From the NCBI GenBank assembly GCA_964199315.1, contig OZ116699.1:29450001-29514000 (forward strand): a DNA stretch of 64,000 nt. Reading direction: 5' to 3'. How positions within the stretch are numbered: the first letter of the stretch is position 1; each line of letters opens with the position of its first letter. Positions 27,501 through 42,500 of this stretch are shown one piece after another. The position numbers and the translations under genes are program-made. The notes beneath the pieces were generated by a model that was not told the origin of the DNA, searched no databases, and saw nothing but the letters and a program-made list of their open reading frames with translations. This stretch comes from Orbicella franksi. Lineage: Eukaryota.

Positions 27501-30500
27501 TTCGTCTTGCGTACCTTTTAAGAAAAAGAAAGACACTCCTCACGATGAATAACTGCAAATAAGCTTGTTTGTTTTACCTCCCAACTCAAATACGTTTTCC
27601 GATTGGAGGAAAACGTGTCACGTGTCGTGTGTCAAAACTCACTAACTCCCTAGGGAAACAAAAACATGAACTTTCGAATTGCACGTGATCAGATCGTGCT
27701 CCTTGAAAACCACGGCAAATTTGTACCCAGCCGGCGTAAAGCAAACGATTTCTTCGCAGTTTTTTTCAACTTTTGAGTTGGGAGGTTTAACAAAACACTT
27801 AATGACTGGTCCCGCGGCAGAACATTGAGGGTCTCGAGCAAACAAAACTCACTGTTTCCCTTGGGACCAGTAATTAAGTTTATCGTTGATTCCTTTAGTC
27901 TTAAAAATATAAAACTGGCCTACTCCATACTCAAAACATCAGAACGGTTAAAGAAGCGTAAATATCATAAGAATAGAAGAATTCAACACATATGGAGATT
28001 TCTCAACAGCCGGATACAGGTTTTTTTACGGCTTGTTTTTCGAACAAAACTGTTGGGATGCAGTTTTTATTTTGGCTTAATAAAGGATTTATTTGGGTAT
28101 TCCCCCTTTTTCCACTTCAAGCAATTTTGAAACGTTATGACAGCTATTTTTAAGACCGTGAAGGTAACTTTAAAAGAGGAGCGATGGAAAGGATATACAG
28201 TCACAGTTTGCAAAGCCAAAACAACTAACAACTTTAACATATTCGTCATACTAGATAAAGACATAGACCCAACCAAAATGATCGAAATTGACCTGATAGA
28301 CAATACCTGAACCTAACCTCTTGAAACGTTTATTTTTCCTTAGACTTCCGCCAATTTTATATCAAGTATTAAAGTTAAACTTAGGTTTTTGCGCGTTTAT
28401 ATTGAAGACGAAGTCTTACTTTCATTCGGGATTTGATTTTTTAAGACTCACGTCTGCCAAGTGTCACGTTTGTTTAATAAGAAATAAAGACCTCATTCAG
28501 CCATAGCATTATGTCTCCGCTGTAGTTACAAAAATAAGATATCCAAACAAGTCGGCGGGCAACAGAAAACACAGGTCCACACAAACTGAAGGATGGCCGA
28601 AGAAACGCAAGGAATTTGTACAAAATGTTGGACGGAAAGGAAGGAGCAAAATCGATGGATTAATGACGGCCATTCGCTCATGTGGTGAATTTTTCCAATT
28701 CCCTTGTAAAGCAAATGTGTCTGTTGATTTTATGAATGTGGCGCAATTTCCCACGTGGTGTATTTGTTTATTAATGCTAAGTCAAACGTACCTTACTCTC
28801 ACAAATCTTCTACGCACACGCATCACCAGTCCACCTCGTCTTCTATACACTGGTCTTAATCGACGACGATAGAGTATACGCAGCACACATCGTGTTCTTC
28901 TTCTACGTTTCCTTCTCCTACGCCTTGACCTTCTTCTTTGTCTTCTTCGCCTCCTTCTTCTTCGTTTCCTCCTTCTACGTCTTCGCCTTCGTCGTCGTCT
29001 TCTCTTTCTCCTGCGCAGTCTTCGTCTTCTTGTGTATCTTCTACGATATCTGCGTGGTATTGTTATCTTCTTCCATACTCGTCCATAGCGGAGCCTCACT
29101 CGCCTTCTTGTTATTCTCAGAAGCCTACGTTTCCGTCTGTAAAAGATCCTCAATGTTCTACCATACACCTTGGGTTTCCTCCAAATTCTACCAACAAGTA
29201 CCTTTACACGTCTTTTGACTGGCCGATAGCGTCCTCTTCGCCCTATTTTCACGCGCCCTCCTCGTATTCTAACAATTCAAACCAAATTCACATTAGCTTG
29301 GCACTGCCAGAATAAAATATTTTATAATCGTTTTTTCCTGTGTTCTTAAACATGATTGATCTATTCATACCAGTTATTTGAGTAGCAGAGCAAACCAGTT
29401 TATCGTTTGTTTACATATTTGCCGTACTTTCTGCGCCAATATCTAAAGACTACATCACGCTATTAGGTAGTTGCGTTGCATAAAAACTTGTAAAAATTAT
29501 ATGGAAAAGTTCTGTTACTCACTTTAGTAGTTTCACCATGACATAATTTGTAAGTTGAGAAAGTGATGGCTAACCCGGGTTAACTTTCATTTCAAAGAAT
29601 GTTAGGGTTGTTAAAGTTAAATGACAACAAACAACTTGGCGGGTGTAGAGCCGTTTCACGTGTTACATTAGCTTGTGCACGTAATCACATATCAGGCCAA
29701 GAAGAAATCTTACTGAGGCAGTCAAACTCCCTTTAACATTTTCGAAGGATAGAAAATTTTGTCCTCCACCTAATTCCAATGACTTCCTTTTCAGATAATT
29801 CCCAATGTAGATCGATCGCAACAAAAGAAACAAGATTGGCCACACCGGGTACCCTAGTGTTATTTTCAGGTGGAACCTTTCTAAGGTTGGGCTCTTATAG
29901 AGCTTATTCACTTCAGAGCAAGGCTATTTAACAATAAGATTTTGATATGAAGACATGATAGATCATCGCAGTTATGCACACAACATGAGCAGTTGTGAAA
30001 TTAAAGCCTGAAAAAAATATATATATATTCAGGCCTGAACGGGATTCGAACCCATGACCTCTGCGATACCGGTGCAGTGCTCTACCAACTGAGCTATCAA
30101 GCCATCTCGGAGCTGGTCACATTGTGAGTTCGTAATATACCCGTAGATGTTGAGAAGAAACAATACCCGTAGACATATTAAGATTTTGAGCTGGAAACTC
30201 TTCACAGGTATTGTTGATGAGGCTGCAGGCCGAATCAACCATCACCTCATAGAAATCGAGAGCGAAACATTATTTTTTAGCACAATTCTAACTGAAATTT
30301 GCTTCCAATAACGATTCCAGTCATTTCTCGTCTTAGCATTAATAGAGCTTCACGCTGTAGAAACATCGCGCGGACTGAGCTCTCACTTTAACTTAGCAGT
30401 TGTGTACGCACACTCATCAGTTTCTTTCAATAATTTCAAGTTTTAAAATTTAAGAAACTGTTTCTACTCAACAATTAGATTACGAGATCGACATTTCTAT

Positions 30501-33500
30501 CGCGTGATAGTTGACGAGGGCGCAGCCCGAGTCAACTATCACGCATAGAAATCGAGAGCGAAAAGTCTGATTGTTTTAGTATAAATCTACTAGTCGTTCA
30601 AAACTTTATCTTAATCCTTTTCACAGCAACCTCGAAAATGCAAAGAAGCAGCCGTCATTTTGTTCACAACGGCACACAGATCATGATCGGAATCATCTAC
30701 AAACGGCGACAAAAATAGCTGAGATGGCGCAAACATATGGCATTGCCAAATTCATGATTGTTATTGATTCAATGTGGTACTCCAGTCTTCCCTCATTTCC
30801 CATTACAATGTTGTAGTTTTCACCAGGGTCTGAGTTCTGCTTACCAACACTGATTTGGGGGGCGGGGGGAAGGGACTCTGAAAAAGCGCAATGTCTCAAC
30901 ACTTTTGTCGCCGATTGTTGGCTCATAAATCAAGATCCGAATCTTCCTAAAGAAATGCAACAAAAAGGTAAAATGCCATTCATGAATAAATCTGCCGCCA
31001 CTTCTCATCTTGAAATCGACTAGCTTTCGATAACAAGTGACAATATAGAATATAAAACAGCCATTAGGCATTCTTATTACCTCCATCGCCTCCATCTACC
31101 CTGTATCTTGATGCAGAAACCCTTACGTCGTCTTATAACTGGTTTCCAACGACCATGATACCAGTAACGCATCACGCAAACTGATCGTCTTCGTCTCCGT
31201 GACAACTTTCTGCGCCTTCGTCGACGTCTTCGGCGTCTTCGTCGTCGACGTCTACGTCGTCGCCTTCGTCGTCGCCTCCGTCGTCTCTTACGCCTTCTCC
31301 TTCTTCTTTGTTTTCTTTTTCTACGTCGTCTTATTTGCTTTCTCCTTTTCCATTTCCTTCGTCTTCGTGGCCTAACTATTCTTCTCCACTTTCTTCCGAC
31401 ACGCTTAAGTATTCGCCCTCTTAATAGTCTTATCCTCGTATACCGCCTGCCACGTCTTATACATAATCTTCCGCGACGAACTCTTGCAGTTTTCCAACGT
31501 CTTCCAACGTTTAGCATCAATCTTCGTCGTAACCCTCGGATTCTACGCCATTTTCCTTTGCGCCTTACGAGCAAGAAGCGTCTGCGATACCTAGTTTAAA
31601 ATAAAAAAAGATTCTATTGATAAAGCTTTATAAAGGAACTGGCATATTGCCAAGAATGATGATTACACTGTCCTAGAGTGAAACAAATTTAGTCAACTTA
31701 TGGGTACCGTCTCAGGGTCCGTAAATTCACCGTGAATAAGAATTGCCTGGCACCCTATAAAAATGTATGGAGACTATCGCAAAATTGTTTAGAATAATGG
31801 GTGATTGGGAGAATAAAACAAAATTAAACAAAGAAAAAATCTCTAAGCCCTGTCAAAGCGACAACACAGTAAGGGCCAGTGTTTTCTATTTCTTGACCAT
31901 ACCATAAACCCTGTTCTTACCGTAATCTTGTGTATCTTTTTTTGTAAACGAAGACAAGTTTTCCCCTTCTTCGAATCACTCTCCTCCACCGTCGTCTATA
32001 ACGGAAACGAAGACGGCAAGAAGGCCGTCTCCTTCGCTTTCGCCTCCGTCGGCGTCGCCTCCTATATCTTCTCCTTTTTCGTCGGCGTCTTCGTCGCCTC
32101 CGTCGTCTTCGTCGCCTTCTTGCTTTTCGTCTTCTGCGTCTTCTTTGCCTGACTTTATTCCTCCTGGACCTTCTATACCGCCTTCGGTTTCTTACGATCG
32201 TCCAGCGTCGTCTGTATTTGATCCTGAAACGTCTTCCCAATTTGAAAAGTCTGAGTCTCTTCATGAACCGCAGTTTCAGTTTTCTGCCCAATTTGCGCAC
32301 GTACCTCCACCTCTTGCCAATATTCACCTTAAGGTTCCTGTTAATGGACACCCAAGGCCCTCTCCTACCAACTCTTGCTCTTCCTCTGCTGAATCTAAAG
32401 AAGAATTGACACCGCGTCCTCTTATGAGCTTGCGAATTAAAGTCGCTAACTAATAAGCAAAACAACACAGCGTTTAAATTTTTTGCCCAGACAAACTCCA
32501 ATAGCGGTCTTGGGCTATAAAACTTAATCTGACCATCTCATTTTCCGAGTATCCGGTCGAAGACACGAAGATCTGTACAAGTGGCTTCCGCTACCCCTTT
32601 TTTTTCTCCTCAGACTCAAATACACAACACACGCACGCGACAAAGTATTAAACAGCACAAAGCTCAATTCAGTTAATCTGAAGAGTTTCCATTTCAACCA
32701 AAAACTGAGCAGAAAATATTTGTTTAAAGGCAGAGTGAGATTCCAAGTTAGTACTGTCCTGTTGTCAGGAATTGCCAACAACGAATAACGTTTATGGGAA
32801 CCAGCGTCATTTTAAACGGATTAAAAATACAGTTTAGTAAAAAGGTGTTCTGTGGAAGAAACCCAAACCAAATTATGTGTAAAAAAGACTTGATTTCTGG
32901 AATATTCAGGCTGTTCACTCAAATTAAATCATGGTGTTTGCTGCTCAAATTTCACTCATTGTAACTCGTACATCTAGGATTTAATAAAGTGGGAAATATA
33001 CGTACAAGTTACAGTATAATCCTCATATACCAAAGTTACTAGAACTCACCTCAATAACCACCATCGACGCCTGTATAGGAATCTCCAGTTTCTCCCGATT
33101 CTACGAATCGGTCTGAAACGGCCAGCATATCTGAAACGTATCAACGAACGTCGAAGTTGTCGTTTTCTTCGTCGCTGTCTTCGCCTTCGTCTTCGCCTTC
33201 GCCTACGTAATCGACGTCTCCTTCGTCTTCGTCTTCTTCGTCTTTGTCTTCGCCGCCGTCTCAAACGTCGCCTCCTCAGAATTCGCCTTCTTCGTCCACG
33301 TCGTCCTGTTATTGGAAACATCAGCAGCATGTCGTAAATGTGGCCGGATAATAAAACAGATATTCACTGAAAATTCAGGCAAATCCCTCAGATATAAGAG
33401 TGAAGGAGAGGTGTGAAAGCCTCCTTTGGATTTGAAGTTTACGATCTGAGAACTATTTTGGGGCGAAAACTTTTGCGGTGACTTTTTTGTGGAAAAAGAT

Positions 33501-36500
33501 ATTAGAAAAGAGTTTTTTGGAGATCCTGTAGTTTTTGTTGTAAATAATTTCGTCAGTTTCACTGGTGATAAGATTTCCCTACTTTTTTGACTCTCCACTT
33601 TCAAAGAATGACTGCAGTCTGTCTTAGTTTTGTGAAAGATACAAGATTAATACAGAAAGGGGGATGCAAAACCTGTCTGCAACTTTCTTGCCGTTTAGTT
33701 TAAATCATTTTTATGCAAAGAAAACAAGACGTTTTCTGGGTCTAGCTGGGTCAGCTAGTACAAACCAGTTACATTAAGCGAATTAAAATCTTCTTGTTTG
33801 CCGTACAATAAACATCTCGTTAACCGAGCCTAGTCTGTCTGTATGGGAGAATCTTGACCTCGGTCGTGAGTACAGACCGAACGTAGTGGGGTCTGTACAC
33901 ACGACCTCGGTCAAGATTCTCCCATACAGACCTCCTGCTCGCTTAATAAGAGCTAAGTATAGTAGCCATACTTCTTAGAAATGAGTATTCAGAGTTAATG
34001 TCATTACCTCGTCTAGCTGGTCTTCTGTATCGTAACCGTCTTCCTCTGAACCACTTCCCACGCCAACGAACGTATCCAAGTCTTCCTTTCCTCTTCACAA
34101 GAACTCTTCGACCCTTGTACTTTGCAAACCATGTAAATCGACGCCTTATGGGCCGGAACCTTTTACCTAGCCGCACCCAGAATTGTTTCCCAATACGCTT
34201 CAGGGCCCTATAACCTTTGCGAAAACGGATCTGGAAAGTTCTTTGGTTTCGATGGAGTGGTCTCAAACGCTTCTTGTAACGTAGATACCAACGTCGACCT
34301 TTACGATGAATTCGATGCCACCTTCGTCCCACGTATACTTTCCAAACGCTTCCACGGTTTTGCAGTCGTCGCCATTTGCGCAAGAACTTAATTCTCATAC
34401 GTCTTCCTATCTTTCGAAGCAGTATAAAACGTTTGGCAACTCTTACACGATATATGGGTCTTCCTCGTCTGAGCTTCCGGTATTTCCTCTTGAACAGCAC
34501 CCTAGGCCGCCTTAGTCCTTATAAAAAAAGAAAGTGTTAAATTGAGAATTAATGATAATAATACCGTGTAACTGGACAAGACGACCAATCACGCATCAAA
34601 CAAACAAGTTTTCTCAGAACTGAACAGAAGCTCACAGTGCTAAAATTCCAGTAAGATTTATTTATCATCAGGTAAGTCTCGAAGTAATTGATTCCTTTGT
34701 AAGATTTTTTAACGGTCAGAACAATAAAGTAATTACTGGCAATATCGAGCATGAAACAATCACTTACTTCGTCTTCTTTCGTAGGATCTGTTTCGTACTG
34801 CAAAGAGAGAAGGACAGCGTACTTAGTAACGCTAAAACCCAACTTTGGTTGATGGATTGATGGATTGATTGATTGATTGATTGACTCATTGATTAATTAA
34901 TTGACTGACTGATCGATTTGNNNNNNNNNNNNNNNNNNNNNNNNNNNNNNNNNNNNNNNNNNNNNNNNNNNNNNNNNNNNNNNNNNNNNNNNNNNNNNNN
35001 NNNNNNNNNNNNNNNNNNNNNNNNNNNNNNNNNNNNNNNNNNNNNNNNNNNNNNNATTCATTGATTATTGATTATAGTCTTCTGTTTTCCATTTTTACTG
35101 TGTGATTTTAATGTAATTTTTACCCTTTTTACTTGCTTTATATTGTGAAGCGCATTTGAACATTACTTTATGGAATTTGCGCTATATAAATATATTGTAT
35201 TATTTATTATAGACTGACTGTCATTGGAAAACTGCGCTAAACTACCGAGTTCAGCACTGCACAGTCAGTTCATTCTCTCAATTTAGAAGCTGGAAGTGGT
35301 TTACTTTATCACTCTTTTATTTGAGCAAGCTAATATTGCCTGCTTATCAATTGAAGGGAAAGCACACGACCAGTTGATTTTTTAAGGTTTTAAATGAACT
35401 AAAACATGACACCTTCACGATCATGCAAACAAGGAGCTCCCGGTTTTTTTCTTAAACCAATGCATAGAAACATGAATTGGTTGCTAACGTCAGAGCGCCC
35501 TCATTAAAATTTTTTACAATAACTGTCTAATTTCTCGCGCGCTGATTGGCCCATTTTTATCGTCAATAAGAGTACAGACGGATAAAAGTTTAGTTTATGC
35601 AAGCTTTTAAGTTCAACTTTCAGCTGTCAAACTGTCAACTTTTTTACCAATGAAATTTTATGAACGTTTTTAAGTAACCAATCAAAAAGCGAGAAAAGCT
35701 ACTGACAATGTTCGCGTCATTTTGAATCAAATTCACTTATCTTTGTTTACGGCAAGTTTAGGGCGTCTTTTCCCCTCATTTATTCCCGGCTTTTGACCAT
35801 TTTGGGGTCTTGTTATTGTAAAAAACAAATTGACGTCCGCTTTTTATGCGTCTGTCCTCTTATTGATGATAAATTTCACCATAACATCGTCAAAGTTTAC
35901 TGCGGAACCATTTTGGCAATGTTATTGACGCAATTTACAATCAATAAGAGGACGGACACATAAAAAACGTCCATTTGTTAAACTTACGCCTGAGTCGTCT
36001 TCGTTTTCTGTAGCGTATCCTTCGTTTGGACAATAATCCTTTGAAACGGAACTTGAAGAACCTTCTTCTTCCACGTCTTACTCGCCGTACTTTGATACTC
36101 TTTCCACGGTACTTGAAGAAACGCAAATGCCTAAATGTGAACCTCACACCACGGCCTTTGAACTTGATGTAAAATCTTCGCCCGCGTCGTGTAACTTTCC
36201 TGTAGCGACGCCTGACACGTATCATAAACTTCCGCGTGGTTACCCAGCGTTTTCCAAAACGTAGCATCCACCCTCTTCCGCGCTGGATAACGCGGCATGT
36301 TCTTCTTCCAATGCGTACAAACCACCGTCGTCCGCGGCGTCTGGGGCGATACCATCGCCTTCGGAAGTACAGCTTCACTCTTGATGTTAATCGGCCGATA
36401 CGGAACTTACGGCGTCCAAATGTGAAACGTATAATACGACGACCGCGTCTTATACGGCGGATTCGCTTTTTGAATCGGATCTTTCCCCTTCGGTAACCTG

Positions 36501-39500
36501 CCGACGAAAAAAAAGCAGATAAAAAAGTCATTTCACTGTGAAATGGATAACTTAGCCCTCACAAGTCATAACTACAAGTTCCAACATGGGAAGGCCGCCA
36601 AAATTTTTTTTTTCTAGAACTGTTAGATCTTGGAAAGCCTCCCTAAAGACATAGTCGAAACAAGTTCTTTGGAGTCATTTAAGACTACGGCCTCTAAATA
36701 TTTTAATGATTAATTCATCCTAATGATTGTTCTTATAGATTTTGATACTTTTTTCACTTTTTTTACCATTATTATTAAGTATATGTAATCTATTTTTAAA
36801 GATAAGTTGGTGTGATATCTTGCGATTTTTACAAACTAAATCAGTTAATTTAGATGTAGATGAAAAAAAATGGAGTTTATTCAACTCAAAAACATGAAAT
36901 GAACTCAACAGAATTACTCACGTCTCCGACGTCGCCTCTTTCGTCGTCTTCGTCTACGGCCTGTAAATCGAAACATTTGATGAATTAACGGAATAATGCC
37001 AGATTAGCGCAATTACATCTATGTTATTCTACTGAGGGGCTCATCTATGAGTCATTCTCGGACCTCCCGACAAAAACATTGCAAGTCATTGAAATGCACA
37101 GTTAGAAGGCAATTTGCAGTAAGGGCGACCTGGCTTTCCCTTGACTGAAGCTTTTCATATAATGGGTGCCTATGACTTAACGAAATAACATGATGAAATC
37201 AGCAAAAGTGAGATTCTAACATAACATGAGGAAATCTTTAAATGTTCAAAGGATTCAAACCACCATAAGATCTCTCGCTTAAAAGGAGTCGTGCCACCGT
37301 TTGGCGCAAGTGCAAACTATCGCTCGAGCGTATTGTACTTTTTTCGCTTTCTTACCGTCCGACATGTATTTCAGCAATCACAGACTGCAATTTATGCAAG
37401 CAGATCGATTGATGCCCAGATTTCATGGAAGATGTGTGAGTGGTGAGGGTGATTGGTACATGGCAGTCGGTACACGCAAAATGAATTCTAATTAACAAAT
37501 AGGTTAGTAACTCGAAATTTCCACGAAGGCTTCAGATTCCATGAAGTTTTAAGAGTTTTTTATACTTTTTACTAGTTGAACTGAAAGGAAAACAAAGGGG
37601 ATTAGTGAATTTGAAATGAAAATTAAAAATTGGATTTCCTAGTAAATAATAATTAATAGAAAGGACACGAAAATAGACCACCCCTAGCCTAAAGTGCTCT
37701 TGTACTGGGGCAGTATCTTTGCCGTTGGCATTTTTACTCTTTTTCCTTTTTTATTCCTCCTTTACATTTCATTCAACGTCATATAAATTCAACCAGACAA
37801 TACCCAAAACATAATGTTTGAGATTTTTATCGGAATACGTTGACTAACGTGTTCTTGAAACGTCCAAACAAGGACAAACACGTTTTGTTACTACAGGCTG
37901 TTTCCAATTTAAGTATAGGAAAATTCAAAAAAGTTAAACCGCAAAATCAGCATTCATCGCTCGTCCATACTCCTCCATAAAGCGCAGAGTAGAGTGGTGC
38001 GGAGGTCTCTTATACGTCTCAGAGTCCCAGCCACTGTCGATCATCATTTACATGTATTCATGATTCTGGATTTTGTATTCCATGTGGAAGTTTTTCATGC
38101 TTTGGTAAATTACTTTGCTGACCTAATTATTGACGAAAATTATAAGATCCTGTCTAGTATCTACTTTGAAAGTAAGCCTGGTTTCAGAATTTTCGTAATG
38201 CCTTCATTTAAAAAGCTCATTGCACAATAGAGGACTATTACTTGATGACCTTGCTAATTTCATCATGCTCTTTCCGTTTAGGGTATTCTTCGAACTCTAG
38301 TCCATAATGATAAATCAGATGGTGCACTGCAGCTGCACACATAATCGCGACTCAGGACCAATCCGAATTGAAAATGTAATCACTGATCCTTCGTAGTGAA
38401 CTGCGATCCTCGAACACATTTTCGATTTTTTTACGAGCTTATGAAAGCTTTTAAGGATAACAAAAGTGCACAGGAAGAGCTAAAAATTAAAGGAATAACA
38501 GCCACTTAACCACAATTCGAGAGAAAAGTCTCGAGACACTCCACAGCTTCCCAAGCAAAATGGTACTTGTCTTCACCTGCCCCACCCCACCCTCAGTCCA
38601 ATGTTGATTTATATTCATCCAACTTCGCCACAATCTGGTTTCAACGTTCTTTTGGAGAAAGGCAACGTTGCCGAGTGGTTAAGGCGCCGGACTTGAAATC
38701 CGGAGGTCGCGGGTTTAAGTCCCGCTCTGACCATTAAGCTGGAGTTGTCTCTCGATAGACCCTAGTTCAACTCCTCGGCCACGTTTGTAAATAGCCAACT
38801 GGTCTGCCTCCTCCCAGTTGGGATTTTTAACCATGTTATGTTCATTTGTATTATTTGTTTCATAATTTTTTTCCATTGGCCTAAACGCCCCACTGGAGGA
38901 GTGGTCAATTAAGACATATTTTTAAAAGAGGGATTGATCTTTCGCAAAATTGAACAATGACTTCTCGACGCAAATGGATTTGTCACTGGGTGCTACTGTG
39001 TTAAGTTTACCAAGGGCTTTTGTTCTGCATTGTGGATTAATTGTGTTGATGTCAACCTGACTTCTTCATCTTTTATTTCCCCTTACGTCTCACCCTAAAT
39101 TCAATTAATAATACAAAATCAAATGTTAGAATACTTACGCCTTGCCCTTCTTCCTCGTCTTCCATAAAGCCCTAAGACAATAACATGAACTCGATTATAT
39201 AATTCGTAACAGCGCTGTCATAACCAGTTTCATACCACAATATTGCCAAGAGACAATGCACCTCGTTGTTAAGCTTAAACAAGAACATCATCAATTCAAA
39301 GCTATGGTATTTTATGACGATTAAGAAAACGTTTTCTTCACAAACCACGTATGAGGACAAATGAAGGAAAACGGACGATTTCTTTTCAGGCAACAGATCT
39401 TTGGAAAAAACTTCCAAGCCATTTCAAAGAACTTAGCGTATTTGCTTTTTCAAAACCAATTAAACATTACTATTTTTGTTATCATTTTTTGTCTCCCTTA

Positions 39501-42500
39501 GACTAAACTGTAAATTGTAAATTCTTCCTTCATCTCTCCTGTCCTTCAATTAGACAAAACTAAGCTGGAGGTTAACTCGAAAACCTAACGGTTAATTTAG
39601 CCTCCAGTCTCGTTAAAACAAGATTACAATCGTCACCTTATCTGCAACATGTTACATATAATAAAGATACCACAAATGTTTAATAATTATTCATATTTGT
39701 ATTCGTATCTTGTGCTAAAGATCATGATGTGTTTGATTCGCTGCCACTACAACTATACTTTACTCTGCGAATAGGAAGCTTAACACGACGTTCATTGATT
39801 TAAGAGTTTTCCGTTAATATGAAACCGCACTCTGTGCGAGTGCTTTCTTTACGAACGTTTTCACTCACGAGGGCAACAGCCAGGTAAGTTTATAGGGCCA
39901 AAGGAGAATGCTTACTTACGAAATGAGGTCAGCTCAACCGGGATTGGGTTGGGACGCGAACATGGCCGCCGCTTCGTTGTCTTGAGACACCGATGCGGCT
40001 GTCGTGACGTCATGTGAAAACAGGCTATAGTTGTTCTGGACTATTTATACTATCATTCAAAATGTCAAAAGCAGCCTGTTCGTCTCCCAAGAAAATAACC
40101 CGGAAATAAAATTTTCTCTCACGGTCAAAAATTTATAGAGTTTGCTTTTGCGTCTATCCTAATCTGTTTTGAAATATTTATTTGTAGAGATATTCGTCGT
40201 CCTATATTATGAGTCGGACAAGTACGTTATATTTTTAATTGAGGTGTTAGTGCGGCTTTGAGCTCTTGGGGCAAACATATGTTAAAATATAATTTAATAA
40301 AAAAAACATGCACTAACAACAACAGAGGCATGCAAAAACAAAATAAAATTACTTATGAATAACGCTGAATTCGAAATTATTAACTAGAAGCGCGCAAAGC
40401 GATGTGCAGCGTTTCTATTATTTTCTTAGTTCTGTCAAATTACCTTTCCCTACATCGGGTCCAACAACAACGAAAAATAATCATATTTGAATCAACTCAC
40501 GTCTGAAACGGATCCTCCTCGCTTTACCATAACGGCCTTTCCTGAATATTCGCACACGACGTCTGCCAACAAGCTTCACTCTAACTCGTCTACGTCGGAC
40601 GCGTATGCTGCAACGAACCCGGCGCCTGACGCGCATCCATCGCTTCTTTCGCCTTAGGTACCATACCTTTCTGCGTCGTCTGATTCGTATTCTTTTTCCT
40701 CCCACTTTGCAAATCAATCTGACACGTTTTACTTTCCTCCACTTTCGTCTTCTTTTCAGATACCACTTTCGACCGAATCTTCGAAGTCCGCACCATTTTC
40801 TTCTGATACGGACTCGCCATCGCCTCCCAAAGCGTTTTATTTTCCTGTATTTTCGCTTGATTAAAATCCTTAACCTTCGCCTGAACCTGCGGATAGGTTT
40901 CCTCTTTAGGCCGAAGAAGTATTTCCTTCTTATTTTCACACGGCGTCGTCTACCACGATATCGGATATACCTCGTACCTAGATAGACCAAGGATCATTTG
41001 AAACGATTAGTTTCTGGAGAAACTGTTGTTACCGTTCATAACCAGGTGAAACACATACTTAAGATTTATAAGAGTACATAACTGTTCGTATAAATTTGAA
41101 ATTCCGGGAACAAGCTAAGATCTTGTGTTTATACTTCAATCCCAAGAAATCTAAGAAAATTTCATTGTAGAATTGAGCATGGATTTGTTATTGTTGGAAA
41201 GTGCACAATCTTATCGTTAGCCAATATTTCTAGTTCTAACTAAGAAGAAGAGAAGAAGCACCTTCCTAAAACGTAATGGGATGAAGAAATGTTACGATAT
41301 TTGAATGAAATAGTCAGTCACTCGCTATACTTACGTCGCCTACGTCGTCTTCGATACCTTCGACCTGAACAGAAAAGACAGAGAAAAGAAAACATAAAGG
41401 CAAAGTTCTTTCAAACTTGCCTTTCCGAACTGAACCCCCACTTCTAGAATGTATACAGTTACACAAAATGATAAAACGTATTAATTTAATATCATGTACA
41501 GCGAAACCCCACGTTACAACAAGCACGTTAATACGAGCTAGTCGATAATACTGCAACTGTTTTCCTGTCTCTTACAAAGTGATACTCTACTCTAAATCAC
41601 TCGAGGAAAACAGTTAGTTTTGTTTTCCCAGCCGAATCTCGATGTTTACCGGGACGAAGTCGAGAGAAACTTTGAGATTCAAGGTAAAACAAAACTAATT
41701 TCCTCCGGACCAGTAATGAAGTGTCCTGTTATTACGCTAGAGGTTAGTGTAAAGTACGAAAGCAAAAAGAATAACCTCCAAGTCAGAGTAACCCTTGTTA
41801 AAAACGTTAAATGTTGAATGTCTATGGTGGTCGACGCGCTTAGCTATTTCAAATAAGCATAAAAGGCTTAAAAATCGCAACTGGCGGGAGGCAGACCAGT
41901 TAGCTATTTACAAGTATGACCGAGTAGTTGAACTAGGGTCTACCGAGAAACAACTCCAACTAAGTGGTCAGAGCGGGACTTGAACCTGCGACCTCCGGAT
42001 TTCAAGTCCGGCGCCCTAACCGCTCGGCCACGCGGGAGAGCTAGCGACAGTTGCTTACTCTCCCGCCGGGCAACCTCTCAATAAGACGCGCGTTTGATTC
42101 AACTAAACTTCAGCTATAATTTATAACAAATTAATTTCTGTACTCGAATCGCGGCTTTTCAACAGGACCATCAGGTTAATTGCCATCAATCTTCCAAAGC
42201 CCCAATTTTTAGGTACATTTAATACGACCGTTCGAAATTCCTCATCAGGTAATTAACAAAAGCAAATACTGTTGTGTTTATCGCCCTGAGAACAGCAGTC
42301 GATGGAAAGTTGGTGTCAAGACATCAATTAAAGGGATTTTTACAGGTGTCATAATTTGTACACCGTTGTTACCCCGTTAATACGACCACATGTTTATACC
42401 CTTTGTTTTTCGTCAGTCTGTTAAATTAACTCCACTCACGTCTGAAACGGATCCTCCTTGCTTTACCATAACGGCCTTTCCTGAATATTCGCACACGACG

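Noticed and set aside
39084-39100. AG|GGTGAGAC|GTAAGG as an 8-nt microexon
   Set aside because: Not a multiple of 3 and too close (about 45 nt) to the E23 donor.
38661-42033. tRNA-like sequences at 38670, 41960, 30030, 26590 and 55160 as tRNA genes
   Set aside because: Most have homologous non-tRNA flanks repeated elsewhere in the window and imperfect cloverleaf stems, so they are better explained as SINE heads. tRNAscan-SE would settle it.
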